A program made the translations under genes and the position numbers. Shown piece by piece: positions 50,597 through 63,790 of a stretch of 64,000 bases of DNA. A model generated the notes under the pieces. The model saw only the letters and a program-made list of their open reading frames with translations, ran no database searches and had not been told where the DNA came from. Within the stretch, counting starts at the first letter, position 1. Every line of letters begins with the position of its first letter. Source of the DNA: Dicyema japonicum (lineage: Eukaryota > Animalia > Dicyemida); NCBI GenBank assembly GCA_011109175.1, contig RDEW01000049.1, forward strand, positions 245,377 through 309,376, read 5' to 3'.

Positions 50597-52026
50597 AATG
50601 CAAGAAACAACAATATTTAAATAAATTATTATTATTTTTAATTAATAATAATATTTAATTAAAATTATATTATTAAATAAGTATTTTACGACTAAGATTT
50701 ACGTAAATCATTTTTTATTTGCAAACGAGTTACAATTCTACTTGAATCCTTCGCTATGGTACGCATCAGGCTATTCCCTTCAAACAGAAGATTGACGCAT
50801 TCTGCTCCCTCCCTGACTATAAAGAGAAAACAAACCCCATGCTCCAACAACGTAAAAATATGGGAGTCACTATCTAGTTTCTACTGACTTTCTAGAGACA
50901 TGTAGATAATATGCCATCCTATTGGCAAAGTAAATTCAATTTTATGAAGGCACTTTTTGGACAGGATCTACGGATTCACCAAACATGCACCTATAGAGGA
51001 CCAAGGATTTCCATTTCTTAGTTACAGGAACTTTAAAGAAGTTTTCCGCCCAGTACAAGACCTCATCCTCTTTATGACCTTAAGTTGCCGCACAGTTCAT
51101 CGCTATGAGGTTCTGTTTTTACAACGATTACAGAAAGTCGAATGATCTAGGGAAGAACACCAAGTCGAAATGAGGTGACTACTGAAAGAGGCCACAATCA
51201 CTTAACGCACGCGCTTCCTTTTAATTGGTGATTTCTTGATTTTTAATAATTATAGAAAATTCTTCATCACATTCAGCTACGGCTGTGGAGTATCCCCCTC
51301 GGAGTTAATGCCCCACTGAACGTCAACTATTCACATCCTTGGCAATATCTCTTCCTTGGTCAAATGAATGTCGGTCGGCCTAGATCTTCCCCAATCGATT
51401 TCTCGTGTAAGCACGAGAGGAGGTACTTCCGGGCCGTGGTAAGTACTTGGTCTTTCTTGAATATACTAGGGATATCGCTGTTTGAGATCAGCATTTGGAG
51501 CACAGAAACCCTCAGAAGATCCATAAGCAAGGCAGTTATGACCAAGCTTTATTCATAGACAAAACAAGATCACTTGGGTCTCCTCTAATCCTGTCGAATT
51601 GTTAGGATCCACCTACTTACTCACCACTCATATAGACTAGTTACCCCCACATAGACCAACAAATACTAAAATTCAGACTTTGCGACCGTCCTTAAAAATT
51701 TTATAGGTCACTCCCTAAAGGGATAATTTGATGTATAACTAAGCAACTTCTCATACCCCCTGTTCTGAGATACACTGGGATCACTCGGGTTTGAAAGGAG
51801 AGGCACGAGGATAGTCTGGGTCGTAGCTTCGGGGGAGGAATTGCATAACTCTCATTTACAGGTGCAATGGAAAGCTTTGCCCAAAAGATGACCCGAGTAT
51901 GTTGATTTGATTGAAGACTTTGTACATTGCTCCCCCACCAGAAGTTAAGGCAAAAATGATGTAGTCATGAAAACTTAGAAATTCAAACATCCCCCAAAAT
52001 AAACAGGAAACAACAAATAGTAAAGT

Positions 52027-52872
52027 TCACATTCTTCTAACCAGGAAAAAAGCCGACAAAACAACAATGAGGACTGTTCCCACCAAAACCATCCAGGAGC
52101 CTCCCCCATATGGGTTACTCACACCAATATTCCCAAAGTTGTAATTAAACTGAGGAGCAGGTTCACTTTCAATGTCCCCAGCAGAGTCAAAACCGTCGTA
52201 ATCAACAATGAGTGGGGGAAGGTTGACGACATCAGCAAGAGTCCCCCGCATAATATACATAGCGTTGATCTTGGGGTTATCTATAAACAACTAGAGGTAA
52301 TCAGGGTCACTTACCGTCATGAACTTCACCAGTAACTCTCCGTTATAGGGACGAACGTCATGGTTCAAAGATAGTTGGTCTCCGCGGATCGAAAATTCAA
52401 CGGCAACATCATGGGCGGTGGCAAACCCGACCTCTTTGAAAATGTCGAGCTCATTGATGACCACAAAGTCGTTCAGAGCCACGGAAAACACCTGAAACGT
52501 AAAAAGAGACTAAACCTTCTGACCCACTTGGGTGAAGTACACCTCTGAGAATTTGAACACGATTACGTAATCCCCGTCTTCCGCGAGAGTCACGGAATAT
52601 TCGAAATCCTCGGTGGAATACCTCTCAGTTTGATAAAGTTGGGTATCACTGGGATCAGTGGTTCGTTTTATGAAAAAATTAGACCCGTGGTCGGATGCAA
52701 CCCCATAAGTGTTGTAATCAGCAGAATAATAGACTCCGGCACTGTCGGTGATTTCGGGTCCCCCACAATTAACTGACCAGACGACATCACTAGGATCTAA
52801 CGACTTTGTTTGTGAAACAATAATCAATGACAGCAAAATCATAGAATTTAAACTCATTAAAAGAAGTGACAT
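52027..52872 (-). CDS. MLEC: Malectin (ER Glc2-N-glycan lectin); 3 exons, two 24-nt introns
   Basis: Signal peptide, VWSVNCGG, GVASDHG, LYQTERY, KFSEVYF, DNPKINA and a C-terminal TM helix. Confidence 0.93.
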
Positions 52873-55576
52873 AAATAATTTATTTATTTAATTTTTTAAT
52901 TTAAATTAATTAGTCCTGTAGCGTTTGAAACAGATAAACGGTTTTATTTCTAAGAGAAGCATCCAAAGACTCGATGATAACAAAATACTACACCGGCCTC
53001 TTTCTTCCAATAGACCAATCAGAATCCTCTCTTCCGAGGGTCGTCCGAGTAAACCTGGCTCGTCTCTACCAACGTATGATGTCCTCTGTCCCTTGTGGGC
53101 ACCACTCCTCTCTACCGACGTACGATATCCTCTGTCCCTTTTGCAAACTCTAAGTGTTGACAACAAACCACCTATTTGAATGTCATAAATTAGCACAACG
53201 TTTGTCTACAATGCCGGGACTGACCGATCTATGGGAGTGAAAGGCATTTTCTGCGTCCTATTTAAAAGCTGCTGGCCTACTACAAATAATTGAGGCTGGG
53301 GTTACTTAACTAACTACCAAGAAAATTGTTTGGTAGTTGCTTGGTGGGGAAATAAGTAGGCTCTGTTAGCTACAAATGAAGGCAGGTTTCTCCAATAGCA
53401 AGTGACTCACATAAAAACCAGACCCATCTTGCTTTTTGACGACCTGAAGACGTGTCACCTTCGAGTTCTGCACAGAATCAAATATACCTGTCGGATCTAT
53501 GCGAGCGTCTACTTTTGGGTGTAACGTTTTTTATCCACCGGTTTTTTTCACTCGAAGGGGGGTAAATAAATTAATTAGTGAAATTAATAAAAAATCTAGT
53601 CAAAGTAATTGGCCACGTGTTATTCTTTAAGAACTTCTTTACTATGGACATGTACCTTTCGACTCGATCTGTTACAATATGGACTAGAGGGGAACTAATA
53701 AACTTTTAAAGACGGCTAATTATGAGAATCTTCTATTTCTATGGTTAACGAGGCCTAAAATATTCGCATTCATAAACGACACCTGGGTCACTTAAACGAT
53801 AACTTGATGACAATAACCAATGAGAGACCCTATCCTTAGGAGTAACATAGGGGCCTGATCCAAAGTGATCAGGAAACCACCCGACCCCAAAGAGCTTGTG
53901 TAGGCTCAAAAGAGGAACGACAAGCTGGGAGTCTGGATCAAATAGGTCAACTGACCAATATAATATTGATTGCTAATATTGGCTGATGATTAGGTTGATT
54001 CCCTCTTGACGCGTTTATTGGGGAACTGACAGACCTAATGATTTCCTCCTTCCTCCTCTGGGAGGATTTGTGCCATAGGATTCGAATCTAGAACATCGGT
54101 GTATATTGCAATTCTTTAATTCGGAAACAATGTTTTCGAATCCTCCATTGTGTCTGTCCGAGGGGAGGGAGGTTGCCCCAATGAATGCATATATCCGATG
54201 GAAGCAAATTTTGTAATGATTCTCTTGCAAGTTACTGTACATTTAACCACCGAATATAAGTCTATTTATTAAGGATGAAGCGGGAGACAGTTGAAATACC
54301 ATGGGTCCCATTTCCAGGGCCTGGACTCCTCACTAATGTCCCCCCGTCGATTATTCATTTTCAGCAAGTTGGAGATATGAAGTCAGCTGTTTCCCCAACA
54401 GCAGCCCTCACTGGTCTCAACGTCGGACCTCATACTTGTAGTGGATCGCCTCTTCTTCAACATCCAGGGTTCTCCATCATGTCGGTATGGCAAATTATTT
54501 CTTATAAATTGAAAAATATGTTAAAAATCGATTAGAAGTTCAAAATAAATCACGAAATGTTTTTTATACCGCGCTTTGACCCTGACAATAATGGAGCTAT
54601 TGGTGGCCGAAGACATTCAATCCGCATTTCGTGAGCATATATGTGATTCCCAAAGAACGCCTAACATATATGAAGGGGCTATTAAGAAGAGTCGGGATCA
54701 CCCAATAGCAGTGTTTTTCTCAAATAAGAATCATGATCCAAGCGGATAATCTGTTCAAAGTCTTAGCATCAAGCAGTCTTTCTCAGTATTCAAGGCTTGA
54801 GAGTGGTTTTCAGTCCTAATCCGCTCTTGGTGGTGATGACTATGAATAGTGTGGTAAATAGTAAAACCACGATATCTTAATCAAAGAAAATAGATTCAAA
54901 CTCATACTGAGGGAAGCTTAATGTAAGGTTATACCGATAAGCATACTGAGTTGGATCCCTTAAAATGTTGAGGCAAGGGTACCCATGCTACCTCAGGAAA
55001 GATCATCAAACTTTATTCGAACTCTTTTCCTTGGAACTCAAGTGGAGAGTCCACAGACAGCCAGATGCCAAGGTCTATTAATATTGTCTTCACCATGAAC
55101 AAGTGACACACAGAACTAGAAGTACAAAGAGTACCCGCGTGGTTATAATTATTATTTTCAAAAATCAATTCCATGTTTAATATAAAATAACCCCCAACTA
55201 TAATTGCTCCATGATCACCGAGTTAAAGAAATGTATGGCATCAGCTGAATGATCCCAGACAAATAATTATGAAAGCGACGGGACAATCGGTCTTGGACCA
55301 GTCTCCATAACGGGCTTAAAATCTTCTATCTCTGATGGTCTTCTAGATATTTGATAAATAAGTCGTGGAAGAGATTGATTGGTAGCTTAGTCAATTTCAC
55401 AGATTTCCTTTGTTGTTCGAGTGTAAGTTCTCCAAGAGTCATGGAACCATTAGACAACTCCCAAGATAGTGGACAACTAATGCAAGTAATAAGGAAAAAC
55501 ACCCAACAATTAAACCAAAAATCCCGCCTAAATCCCAGAAGCACTAGTCAAAAGAAACACGATTAATCAAAAAGAA

Positions 55577-56851
55577 TCACAAATTAATGACTCTACTCAA
55601 CTTTTGCATTCTATTAAGAAGTTTATCCCCCAATCGGACGATATTCTAAATAAACAATCCACTAAACCAGATAATGAACATTCCTATCATCCTTTCTAAC
55701 GGTTTCCACCGTCCCATCCACCTTGTTAATACTACACTGCAGCTTCCCACATCCCACATACATCGACAGCTCATCATCAATGTATTGCTCGGTCACTCCA
55801 AACAGATCAGCCATGTACCGAATGGAAAGGCTGGAGTAGGATTCCAATAGCTGCTTGTACGCCTTCAGCTTCACCTGACTCACATAGTGGGAGTAATGGG
55901 CCCTCATATACCGATCTCCCTTCATAAAAAGCTCCACACTTGCTGCCATCAAATTAACCACAACCCAAAGACTGGAAGAACTCCTTGTAGTTGCAGAAAT
56001 AGAAGGAGGAGAAGAAGGCCCTCGCCAGTGGGAGCTCGTGGAAAGCCTCCTGAATGTCAGAACAGTGTATTATCTAGAATGAAGAAGAAAGACCACATTT
56101 TTCTTCATCGCCGACCTGGTCATGGCCAGCATGTAGCAGAGGACGGTGTAGAAAATGAACTCTTTGAAGTCCATAAGCTCAGTGGAGGTGTAGGTGGCAA
56201 CTCCATCCTGAAACGACTTAGAGGCTCCTACGAAGTCCCTGATTGTCATTAGGTAGAGTCCCCTGTATATCTTCAACCTATTCCTCTGCTCCCAATCTCC
56301 AGCATCGTCCACAAATCTTAATTTGAGGGATTTTTTACTTTTGAGTCTTTGTAATCGACTTCTTCATCATCTGGCCGTCCATGTAGAAGAGGGCGATCCT
56401 CATTTTGAGAAAGTGGTACTGCAAATTCTGCCCCATCGTATTGGCCTTCTCTATGAGTCCGTCCAGGATGCTCAGGGAGAGGTCCTTGTCACCAATGGAG
56501 GCGTAATATTTGGCCTTCTTGTAGTTTAGCTGCTTTAATTCGACTTCACCGAGGTTTTCTGTGGCATATTCTATCTCCTTGTCAAGCTGGGAGATATATT
56601 GGCGGTTATTTTCGGTCATTTTTGCGAGGATATTCTCATCTAGTGGACAATTAAGTTCACTACAGGCAGTTTTATAGAAACCGGACATATCTGAGTGATT
56701 AGAAAGACTTACCATTGGAAATGATTGTGGTGTACAGTTCATCTTGAATGGACTTTCCATCCTCGTGAGTTACCCCGTTGGAAAGTTGGAATATCCACTT
56801 GGCCACTTTCAGATTAGGCACCTTCTCTGCGATCTCCTCACTTACAGCCAT
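55577..56851 (-). CDS. PSMD6: 26S proteasome lid subunit Rpn7; 6 exons, introns of 22, 22, 20, 22 and 22 nt
   Basis: MAVSEEIAEKVPNLKVA.., GDWEQRNRLKIYRGLY, AYKQLLESYSSL and GDKLLNRMQKLSRVINL*. Confidence 0.95.
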
Positions 56852-56927
56852 AACGACAACACACTTTAATTTTATATTTTTATTTAATTTAATATTTTTT
56901 TATTTTATTATTATTATTTCTTATGGA

Positions 56928-57100
56928 TTACGCATCTACGAGGCCTCCTGGCTTGACGAGTGACCCCGTCATCTGATACCTCACTTCCTAACCGGATTGT
57001 CTAAAGGGCCTTAATGGAATCAAGAGAAAACAAAGTCAAGAATATGTCCCCTTCCAACGATTAGCTATCATAGCTGTTATTTACACTAAAAAAAAGTGCG
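56928..57100 (+). mobile_element. SINE family A degenerate copy just upstream of PSMD6
   Basis: acgcatctacga...ttgacgagtgaccccgtcatc...ggattgtcta matches the family A core. Confidence 0.55.
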
Positions 57101-58904
57101 TTTCCGCCTCTATGAAAGACCCTACCCCTTTTAAGACTCTAGTCAAGGGGACTAGCCCACAGTTCAACTCATATAAGCCACTACTTTACAACGATAATAC
57201 TGAGAGTATTAGAGATCTAGGAAAGAACAGGATGAGGAGACTACTGAGAAAGATCGAGATTACCTATTACCTGCTTTCACTTAATTATTTCCGGGTCTTA
57301 TAATAATAACCACGTGGGGACTCTTTTTGATTTGAGTTTATTCCACTGAGAAAGATCGAGATTACCTATTACCTGCTTTCACTTAATTATTTCCGGGTCT
57401 TATAATAATAACCACGTGGGGACTTTTTTTGATTTGAGTTTATTCCTCGTAGCGCAGACCTGACGTTATCTCTCACATAACAGCAAAAAAACTTTTACCC
57501 TTTCCCAATTTGGCACTTTGGTAGAACACGCTCTTCGCGATCAAATCATGAATTCAGGGTTTCGAGGAAAGGCGGTTCTATATGATTGTGTTAGTACTCA
57601 CATGTCACTGGTTGAAAGGAGTTGAACCTTTCACGTGGGTCACTGGAGAATATCTATCACATTGTTATTATTATATTCTGTTTCGGGAATTTAAGATAAC
57701 CTGGGTGGAAGTCACGTGTCTCAATCCTATATAAACTCGTATATACAACCCCTTTGCTTTCTCTTTTTACTTTATAATTCAGGGACTGACCAATAATCTA
57801 AAAAACCATGGCAATCTAGAAATCTCTAGGAAATGGTGGAGATTCTTGTCGAGTCACTTTCGACGAGGGCTGGATTCTTTATACCAATATGGTGGATGTA
57901 ATCCCTTGTCCCCATCATTGTATTGTGCTTTGGAGACATCGAATATGAATATCGTTACTAAAGGAACTGTCTGATAAGCCATCTTGGGTTCCAACGTATG
58001 AGGCACATAAGTTGATGGGCAATGTAGGAACACATGGGGTCAGACAGATCATCGTAATGAACTCTTAAAGGACTTCTACTATGTCTCTGACTTAAGCAAT
58101 GTCTGGTATTTGGTATGGTATTTCTCTGTCACGATAAAAATGAACTTTCTACCAAAGTCAGGATCGATAGTCTAGGATATTCTAAACCGAATAAAGTAGT
58201 GGAATTAGTGCTAAAATCAGAAACAATGTCTTGTTGTCCTCTAGAAAAATTTTCATAACATACATTGTGAGATCTTTCACCAGTGATAAGAGAGGTGACT
58301 CAACATTCAAAAATCCCCGAGATCTAGCCGCTTTGAAAATCGGAGACTAAGGATTACAGACCATAATAATCCAGTTTGGTATAATAATTCTCATTTATAA
58401 GTAATCTATTTGAATACTGGCGGTTTATCCGGAGGCATTGGTAGAGAGGATTCTAATTGTTCGATTGGAGGGGGATCACAGAAAAGAATGGATATGGAAA
58501 TAAGGTGAGCAACAAATACTAATTTGTATGCAAGTCAGTTAATTTGGAGTTAAATGCCGTTTTTGCGAAGCTAATAATTCTGTTCGATGTCCCCAGGGAA
58601 AACTGGGGAGATCCAATCTGATCTTTGGATACGATATCTTTAGTTAGTTAGTTAAGTAACCTCGGGCTTACTAACTCGTAGGGGACCAGCGGCTTTTAAG
58701 TAGGACGCAGCAAATGCCAGTCACTCCCATAGATTAATCAGTCTTCCCATTGTAGACGAACAATGTACTAATTCGCAACCTTCAAAAAGTTGATTTGTCA
58801 TCAACTTTGAGAGGTTGGGAATGGAACTTTTATATTATCCAGTTTACATACGTCAGTGGAGAGGGGGTGGTGCCCAACAGGTTTGCCATCACAAGAGATA
58901 CCAA

Positions 58905-59400
58905 CTCGTATGCGACCTAGCCACAAGAAGAAAATAGGACTAAAAACCAAGCTTAAAATATACAAAGCTTTTTCTCATCCCAGTACTAACCTACAACTCT
59001 GGGATTTGGGGAATCTCTAAACGGGAAATGGACCGTCTTGACTCTTTCCACAGAGCTCAGCTCAAATCAGTAATCAAGATTAACTGGCCTATGAAGATCT
59101 CTAATGCAAACCTTTATAATAAATGCAATTACGGCGTGCTGTCAGATGATATTTTCAAATCAAGATGAAGCCTCTTTGGCCACGTGTTACGTCTAAATAA
59201 CCAGGTCCCCGCAAATGTCGCAATGGATAACTACTTCGCACACACAGGAGCCGGATTTCGCGGAAGGCCAAGAACGACACTTTTGACTATCCTGAACGAA
59301 GACCTATCGGCGGTTGGTATGAAACATACTTCGGCGGACGATCTGGACTACCTAAGAGAACTAGCGCGTAACAGAGGTACCTAAGAGAACTAATAAATAA
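58905..59400 (+). mobile_element. RTE LINE 3' fragment
   Basis: KTKLKIYKAFLIPVLTYNSGIW..LDSFHRAQL..LFGHVLR..PANVAM..FRGRPRTTL. Confidence 0.85.
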
Positions 59401-59469
59401 CAGGCTGTTTACTAATTAAGTCAGAATTCGCTAATTGTTCTTTTTTGATTATTTCGCTGCTGTAATTTC

Positions 59470-59565
59470 CTGCCGAAGGTTCCACTCATAACTATGCTTT
59501 GGCTTGACGAGGGACACCGTCATCAGTGAACATTTCACTACGGAACTGGATCGTATATATAAAAA
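59470..59565 (+). mobile_element. SINE family A core fragment (similar fragments at 29785-29835, 48490-48550 and 33885-33945 on minus)
   Basis: gaaggttccac...ttgacgagggacaccgtcatcagtgaacatttcactacggaactggat. Confidence 0.6.
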
Positions 59566-59629
59566 CTATCCTAGAATAGGTATCACGTGTCTAAAAATAA
59601 CCAGGCTTCACTAAAAAGATTTTAAACTT

Positions 59630-59940
59630 TTTTCAGTATTTTTGAAGTCTGAAAAAAAGTTTCACTAAGAACAGGATTACAAGGTGTTCGAGATGAGAGG
59701 ATTTGTTCTCCTCAGGCGTCTGATGACTGAGCCGAATACCATAGAAGGTCTTTAGTTGCGGATGTGAGACGCAATTCAATTTGTCCGAATTTTCAAAAAC
59801 CGCAGTATTAAGGATTTCATGAATCATGTGAGCTTCCCGAGGGATTTCTACTAAAAAAGAGCTTGTAGTTTTTGGATCCCCAAGAACTGTATGTCCAATG
59901 AAAAGAGTTCTACATGACGAGCAACAACAATTCAATGAGA
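59630..59940 (-). pseudogene. Possible hAT transposase fragment
   Basis: HPQLKTF...HLEHLVILF..FFRL loosely resembles the hAT FPxLK...HLxxLxxEFxxRF block. Confidence 0.3.
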
Positions 59941-59978
59941 TAGCCAGGCTTAGGGTGGACTGTATGTCCAATGAGATA

Positions 59979-60242
59979 GCCGGGTGGCATAGTGGTTAGG
60001 TGTCGGGCTTAAGTGGCTTAGGTTACAGGTTCGATTCTCGCTGCTGTTCACCTGGTGGAAGGTTCCACGCATCTACGATGCAGAAAAGGTTTGACGAGTG
60101 ACGCCGTCATCAGTGGATACTCACTGCGTAATTGGATTGTCTAGAAAGGACCCACACACAAGAAAAAGAAGTGAAGATCATTTTTTGGTTCTACGATTAG
60201 TTAAAATTAACTGTTCTTTACTTAAATAAAGTGTGCGTCCTG
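59979..60242 (+). mobile_element. tRNA-derived SINE family A, best full-head copy
   Basis: A box TGGCATAGTGG and B box GGTTCGATTC at tRNA spacing, followed by a conserved core and AT-rich end shared with 4420-4680. Confidence 0.8.
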
Positions 60243-60509
60243 TCTATGCGGAGCTATAAATACTATGGCTCTTGTGAAAAGGCTTTAAAAAAAGCAACAA
60301 TTGGTTAAACTTGAAGGGGCTGGGAATTGATCGCTTTAAAAATTTTTCCAGCCAAGAACAAATGTCTCTTAAGTTAGGCGGATCCCACGACACCTCTAAG
60401 GACTTAATGAACCAAATAGAAGAATTCCTCGACTGAATAGGTAACGGTGTCATATACACACAGTGACAAACTTTACCATTTAAAAGTCAAAAATTTAAAA
60501 AAGTCAGAT

Positions 60510-61140
60510 ATTAATTCTTATGTTATGTTGTCAAATTAAGTCGTGTCCGACTCTTGGAGATCTCATGAACGAGTTTCCTCCACTCTCCCCGATCCGTTGC
60601 AATTTGGAGTAGCCTTGATATAGGCATTCCCGTGACGTCTTCCACCGTGGATAGCCACCGAGTCCTCGGTCGGCCAGGTCTTCTCTTCCCAGTAATATTG
60701 CTCAGCATAATGGTTCTTTCCAGTGAATCAGAGCGGACAACATGCCCAAAGAACGCCAATCTGTGTTTTACGATTCTTCCCTCTAGCGAAATGTCAATCT
60801 CTACCCGTTTGAGTACATCGATGTTTGTTATTTTGGAAGTCCAAGGGATTCTTAGTAACCTCCTCCAGCACCACAGCTCAAAAGCATCTATTTTTCGTAT
60901 ATCCGCCTTTTTCAATATCAATGATTCTGCGCCGTATAGAAAAACCGGGAACACGATTGCATTAACTAGTCTGCATTTCGGTCCTTAAGGAAATATCTTT
61001 GTTTTTCCAAATTCTATTCAATCTCTGGAAGGTGTCTCGTCCCATGGCAATTCGCCTCTTGATTTCCAAGCCTCCATCACCATTCCGATTAATTAGACAT
61101 CCCAGAAAGACAACATTATCGCAACTCTATAATTCTTAAT
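60510..61140 (-). mobile_element. RTE (BovB-like) LINE 3' fragment
   Basis: VFLYGAES...IDAFELWCWRRLLRIPWT..TNIDVL..FFGHVVR..GKRRPGRPRTRW..DRGEWR. Confidence 0.88.
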
Positions 61141-61259
61141 TTTAATAATATCTGAATCCCCAGCATCATGAATGGCCATCACTGAAACTCTAGAGCGTTT
61201 CCCGCAGGCGATCCCTAGTTCGTTGTTGTTTCCCTTATAGTGATGAATTGGGACCTTNC

Positions 61260-61560
61260 ACTAAAATGTAATAAGATTATAAACCTTCGAGCATCTAAAA
61301 CGCGTGTATGACTAAAAAAACATCCAATGCACAAAAATTCTTGACGAATCACGTCAGAATCAAATCTATACCTAAATAAAGTAAAATTGAAATATCCGAT
61401 AAACTTTGAGTCTTTGAATTGATTAATCAACAAAGTCCAGAATTTTCAGATTTTAGTTCAAGCATGTTCGTCCGTCAGCTTTGAGTGATTCGTCTTTAGA
61501 AAGTAGATTGTGTTGAAAAATGAAATGCTGGAAATGAACTTGAATTTTTAAATTTAATAA
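61260..61560 (-). pseudogene. hAT transposase C-terminal (dimerisation) fragment
   Basis: KTNHSKLTDEH resembles the hAT KSKxRSxLTDEHL motif; surrounding frames are broken. Confidence 0.4.
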
Positions 61561-61889
61561 TTTCTTTAATGCTCGTACGTCGCCTCGGCCCAACATGGTC
61601 AAGGCTAATAAAACTACAAAGTTTTCTATAGCAGAATCAACTTAAATATACTAATAAGTTTACCTCTGACAGTAAAAATTCTGTAGAACGCAAAAATTGA
61701 GAGATCCACTTAAAAAAATAAACCATCAAATGTCACTAATCAAAAAAAATTTTAATCCTTGTCTAAGAAAAAATTAATTTGTTTGAAAAAATATAAAATA
61801 GATAAAATCTAATTATTTAAATAACAACTAAAATAACAAAAGCATATATTTAACCAAAATATTTAATTTAAGCCTTGTTCTTTATCCAT

Positions 61890-62012
61890 ATACATGAAAC
61901 TTTAACTCTAAACACTAACTCTACCCAAAAACCCTTAAATCCTAACCAAAATCCATGAACACAAACCCTAATTAAAAACCCTAAATATTAACCCTAACCC
62001 TTAAACCCGCAA
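61890..62012 (+). repeat. Degenerate (CCCTAA)n-like tract
   Basis: aaaccctaattaaaaaccctaaatattaaccctaacccttaaaccc. Confidence 0.55.
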
Positions 62013-62059
62013 AGGTGCAAATTATTAAACAAATTTATTAGTTAAATCAGAAAACCATA

Positions 62060-62696
62060 TTTACAGTAAATCATATTTAAAACTGCCATCCAAAGTGGAC
62101 CCCGCCGACATTATCGACGTTGCGTTGCCTCTCACGATTGCAACAGAAATCAACTGGAGTAGCCACCGGGTCTCACGTGCGTCGTGGCTTTTTAGTGTAG
62201 CTAAGCGTCCAAGTTTCTTTAGGAAGCGAAGGGATTTTCCAATTATTCCACCAGTTGTCTCTACCACTATCGGATAAAACGCGAATCGGTCGCGTATCGC
62301 TTCGTATTTCTTCTTTTGCTCTCATCGTTTTTTCCGCGAAATACAGTTTGTCTACCACGCTCCCGTCAATGTTGGACGGGCAAAGCGTGTCGACACAAGT
62401 AGCGTCCAAGACCAAAGGTTTCCCCTCTTCGAATGGGAAAATTGTGATCCCGTCGGAACGTTTTCGTCTCCTCTGTCCAGACCAACAAATTCTAGTATGG
62501 CTGGGTATCTCGCAGACTCCAGGGCTCGCTTGACAATTCCGTTGATCGCCTTGATCTTGGGAATCGTCCTGCACTCCTTCGACATGAGAGGGCATGGAGT
62601 CCATAACAATCGACGGTTGCGCCACAACGGCATTTGTGGGTCCGGCAAATCTCCAGTCCAAGTCTGGTGGAGATGCCGATGCGGACAGTATCGTCG
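62060..62696 (-). mobile_element. CRE-like RLE non-LTR retrotransposon 3' part, running into the N gap
   Basis: [37 protein letters not shown] (CCHC), PDGITIFPFEEGKPLVLDATCVDTL (RLE) and VETTGG..ISVAIVRGNATSI. Confidence 0.9.
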
Positions 62697-63132
62697 NNNN
62701 NNNNNNNNNNNNNNNNNNNNNNNNNNNNNNNNNNNNNNNNNNNNNNNNNNNNNNNNNNNNNNNNNNNNNNNNNNNNNNNNNNNNNNNNNNNNNNNNNNNN
62801 NNNNNNNNNNNNNNNNNNNNNNNNNNNNNNNNNNNNNNNNNNNNNNNNNNNNNNNNNNNNNNNNNNNNNNNNNNNNNNNNNNNNNNNNNNNNNNNNNNNN
62901 NNNNNNNNNNNNNNNNNNNNNNNNNNNNNNNNNNNNNNNNNNNNNNNNNNNNNNNNNNNNNNNNNNNNNNNNNNNNNNNNNNNNNNNNNNNNNNNNNNNN
63001 NNNNNNNNNNNNNNNNNNNNNNNNNNNNNNNNNNNNNNNNNNNNNNNNNNNNNNNNNNNNNNNNNNNNNNNNNNNNNNNNNNNNNNNNNNNNNNNNNNNN
63101 NNNNNNNNNNNNNNNNNNNNNNNNNNNNNNNN
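62697..63132. other. Assembly gap (N run)
   Basis: Run of n seen directly. Confidence 1.
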
Positions 63133-63732
63133 CACTTATGCCAAATGCATGGCTCAATGTATTGACATTGAATTCAAAATGGGATGATTTTCGATATTCC
63201 ATAAGGCAGAGAGACATTTCAACAGATTAGTCTTTTATTCACATTTGTTATAACTAGGACGAGTTTTTGACTATGACAAATTTATCTATAAAATTTTTTA
63301 AATATTAAAAAATAATCAAAAAATTTATTAAAATATAAAATAATGTAATTAAACACGTATTCAGGTTAAAAATTTCGGTCTTTAGCAAATAATTTTAGCA
63401 ATAATAAAACTCTAATAGATCATGTGATAGAAGATTTTTTCAAATATCCGTATACGCATAGAAAAACATGTTGTTTTTCAATTTTGTATTAGAAAAAAAT
63501 ACTTTTAACTAATTAATTAATTAAAAAATAGTAATAGAAAATCTAAATTTCAGATACTTTTTAATTCCGCATAAATCGAGAAAAACATGTTGTTTTTCAA
63601 TTTTGTATTAGAAAAAAATACTTTTAACTAATTAATTAATTAAAAAATAGTAATAGAAAATCTAAATTTCAGATACTTTTTAATTCCGCATAAATCGTTT
63701 ACTACAATTTTTGGGAAGCTTAGGAAGAAATA

Positions 63733-63790
63733 CCGTATTTGCCGGTGGATAAGTCGACTCGTTGTATAAGCTGACCCCCTACTATTTACT
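63733..63790 (+). mobile_element. Tc2/pogo-like terminal inverted repeat remnant
   Basis: ta-ccgtatttgccggtggataagtcgac...gtataag resembles TcMar-Tc2 ends (TA-CCGTATTT..GTATAAG). Confidence 0.45.

Noticed and set aside
60080-60135. Hammerhead-like CTGATGA on the minus strand of the SINE A core (also in the SINE C head)
   Set aside because: No G-C closed stem II followed by GAAA and no stem III/NUH arrangement; the catalytic core is incomplete.
62173-63230. Long ORFs of 197-320 aa in the ORF track
   Set aside because: They are inflated by the N gap; only the CRE-like portions are real.
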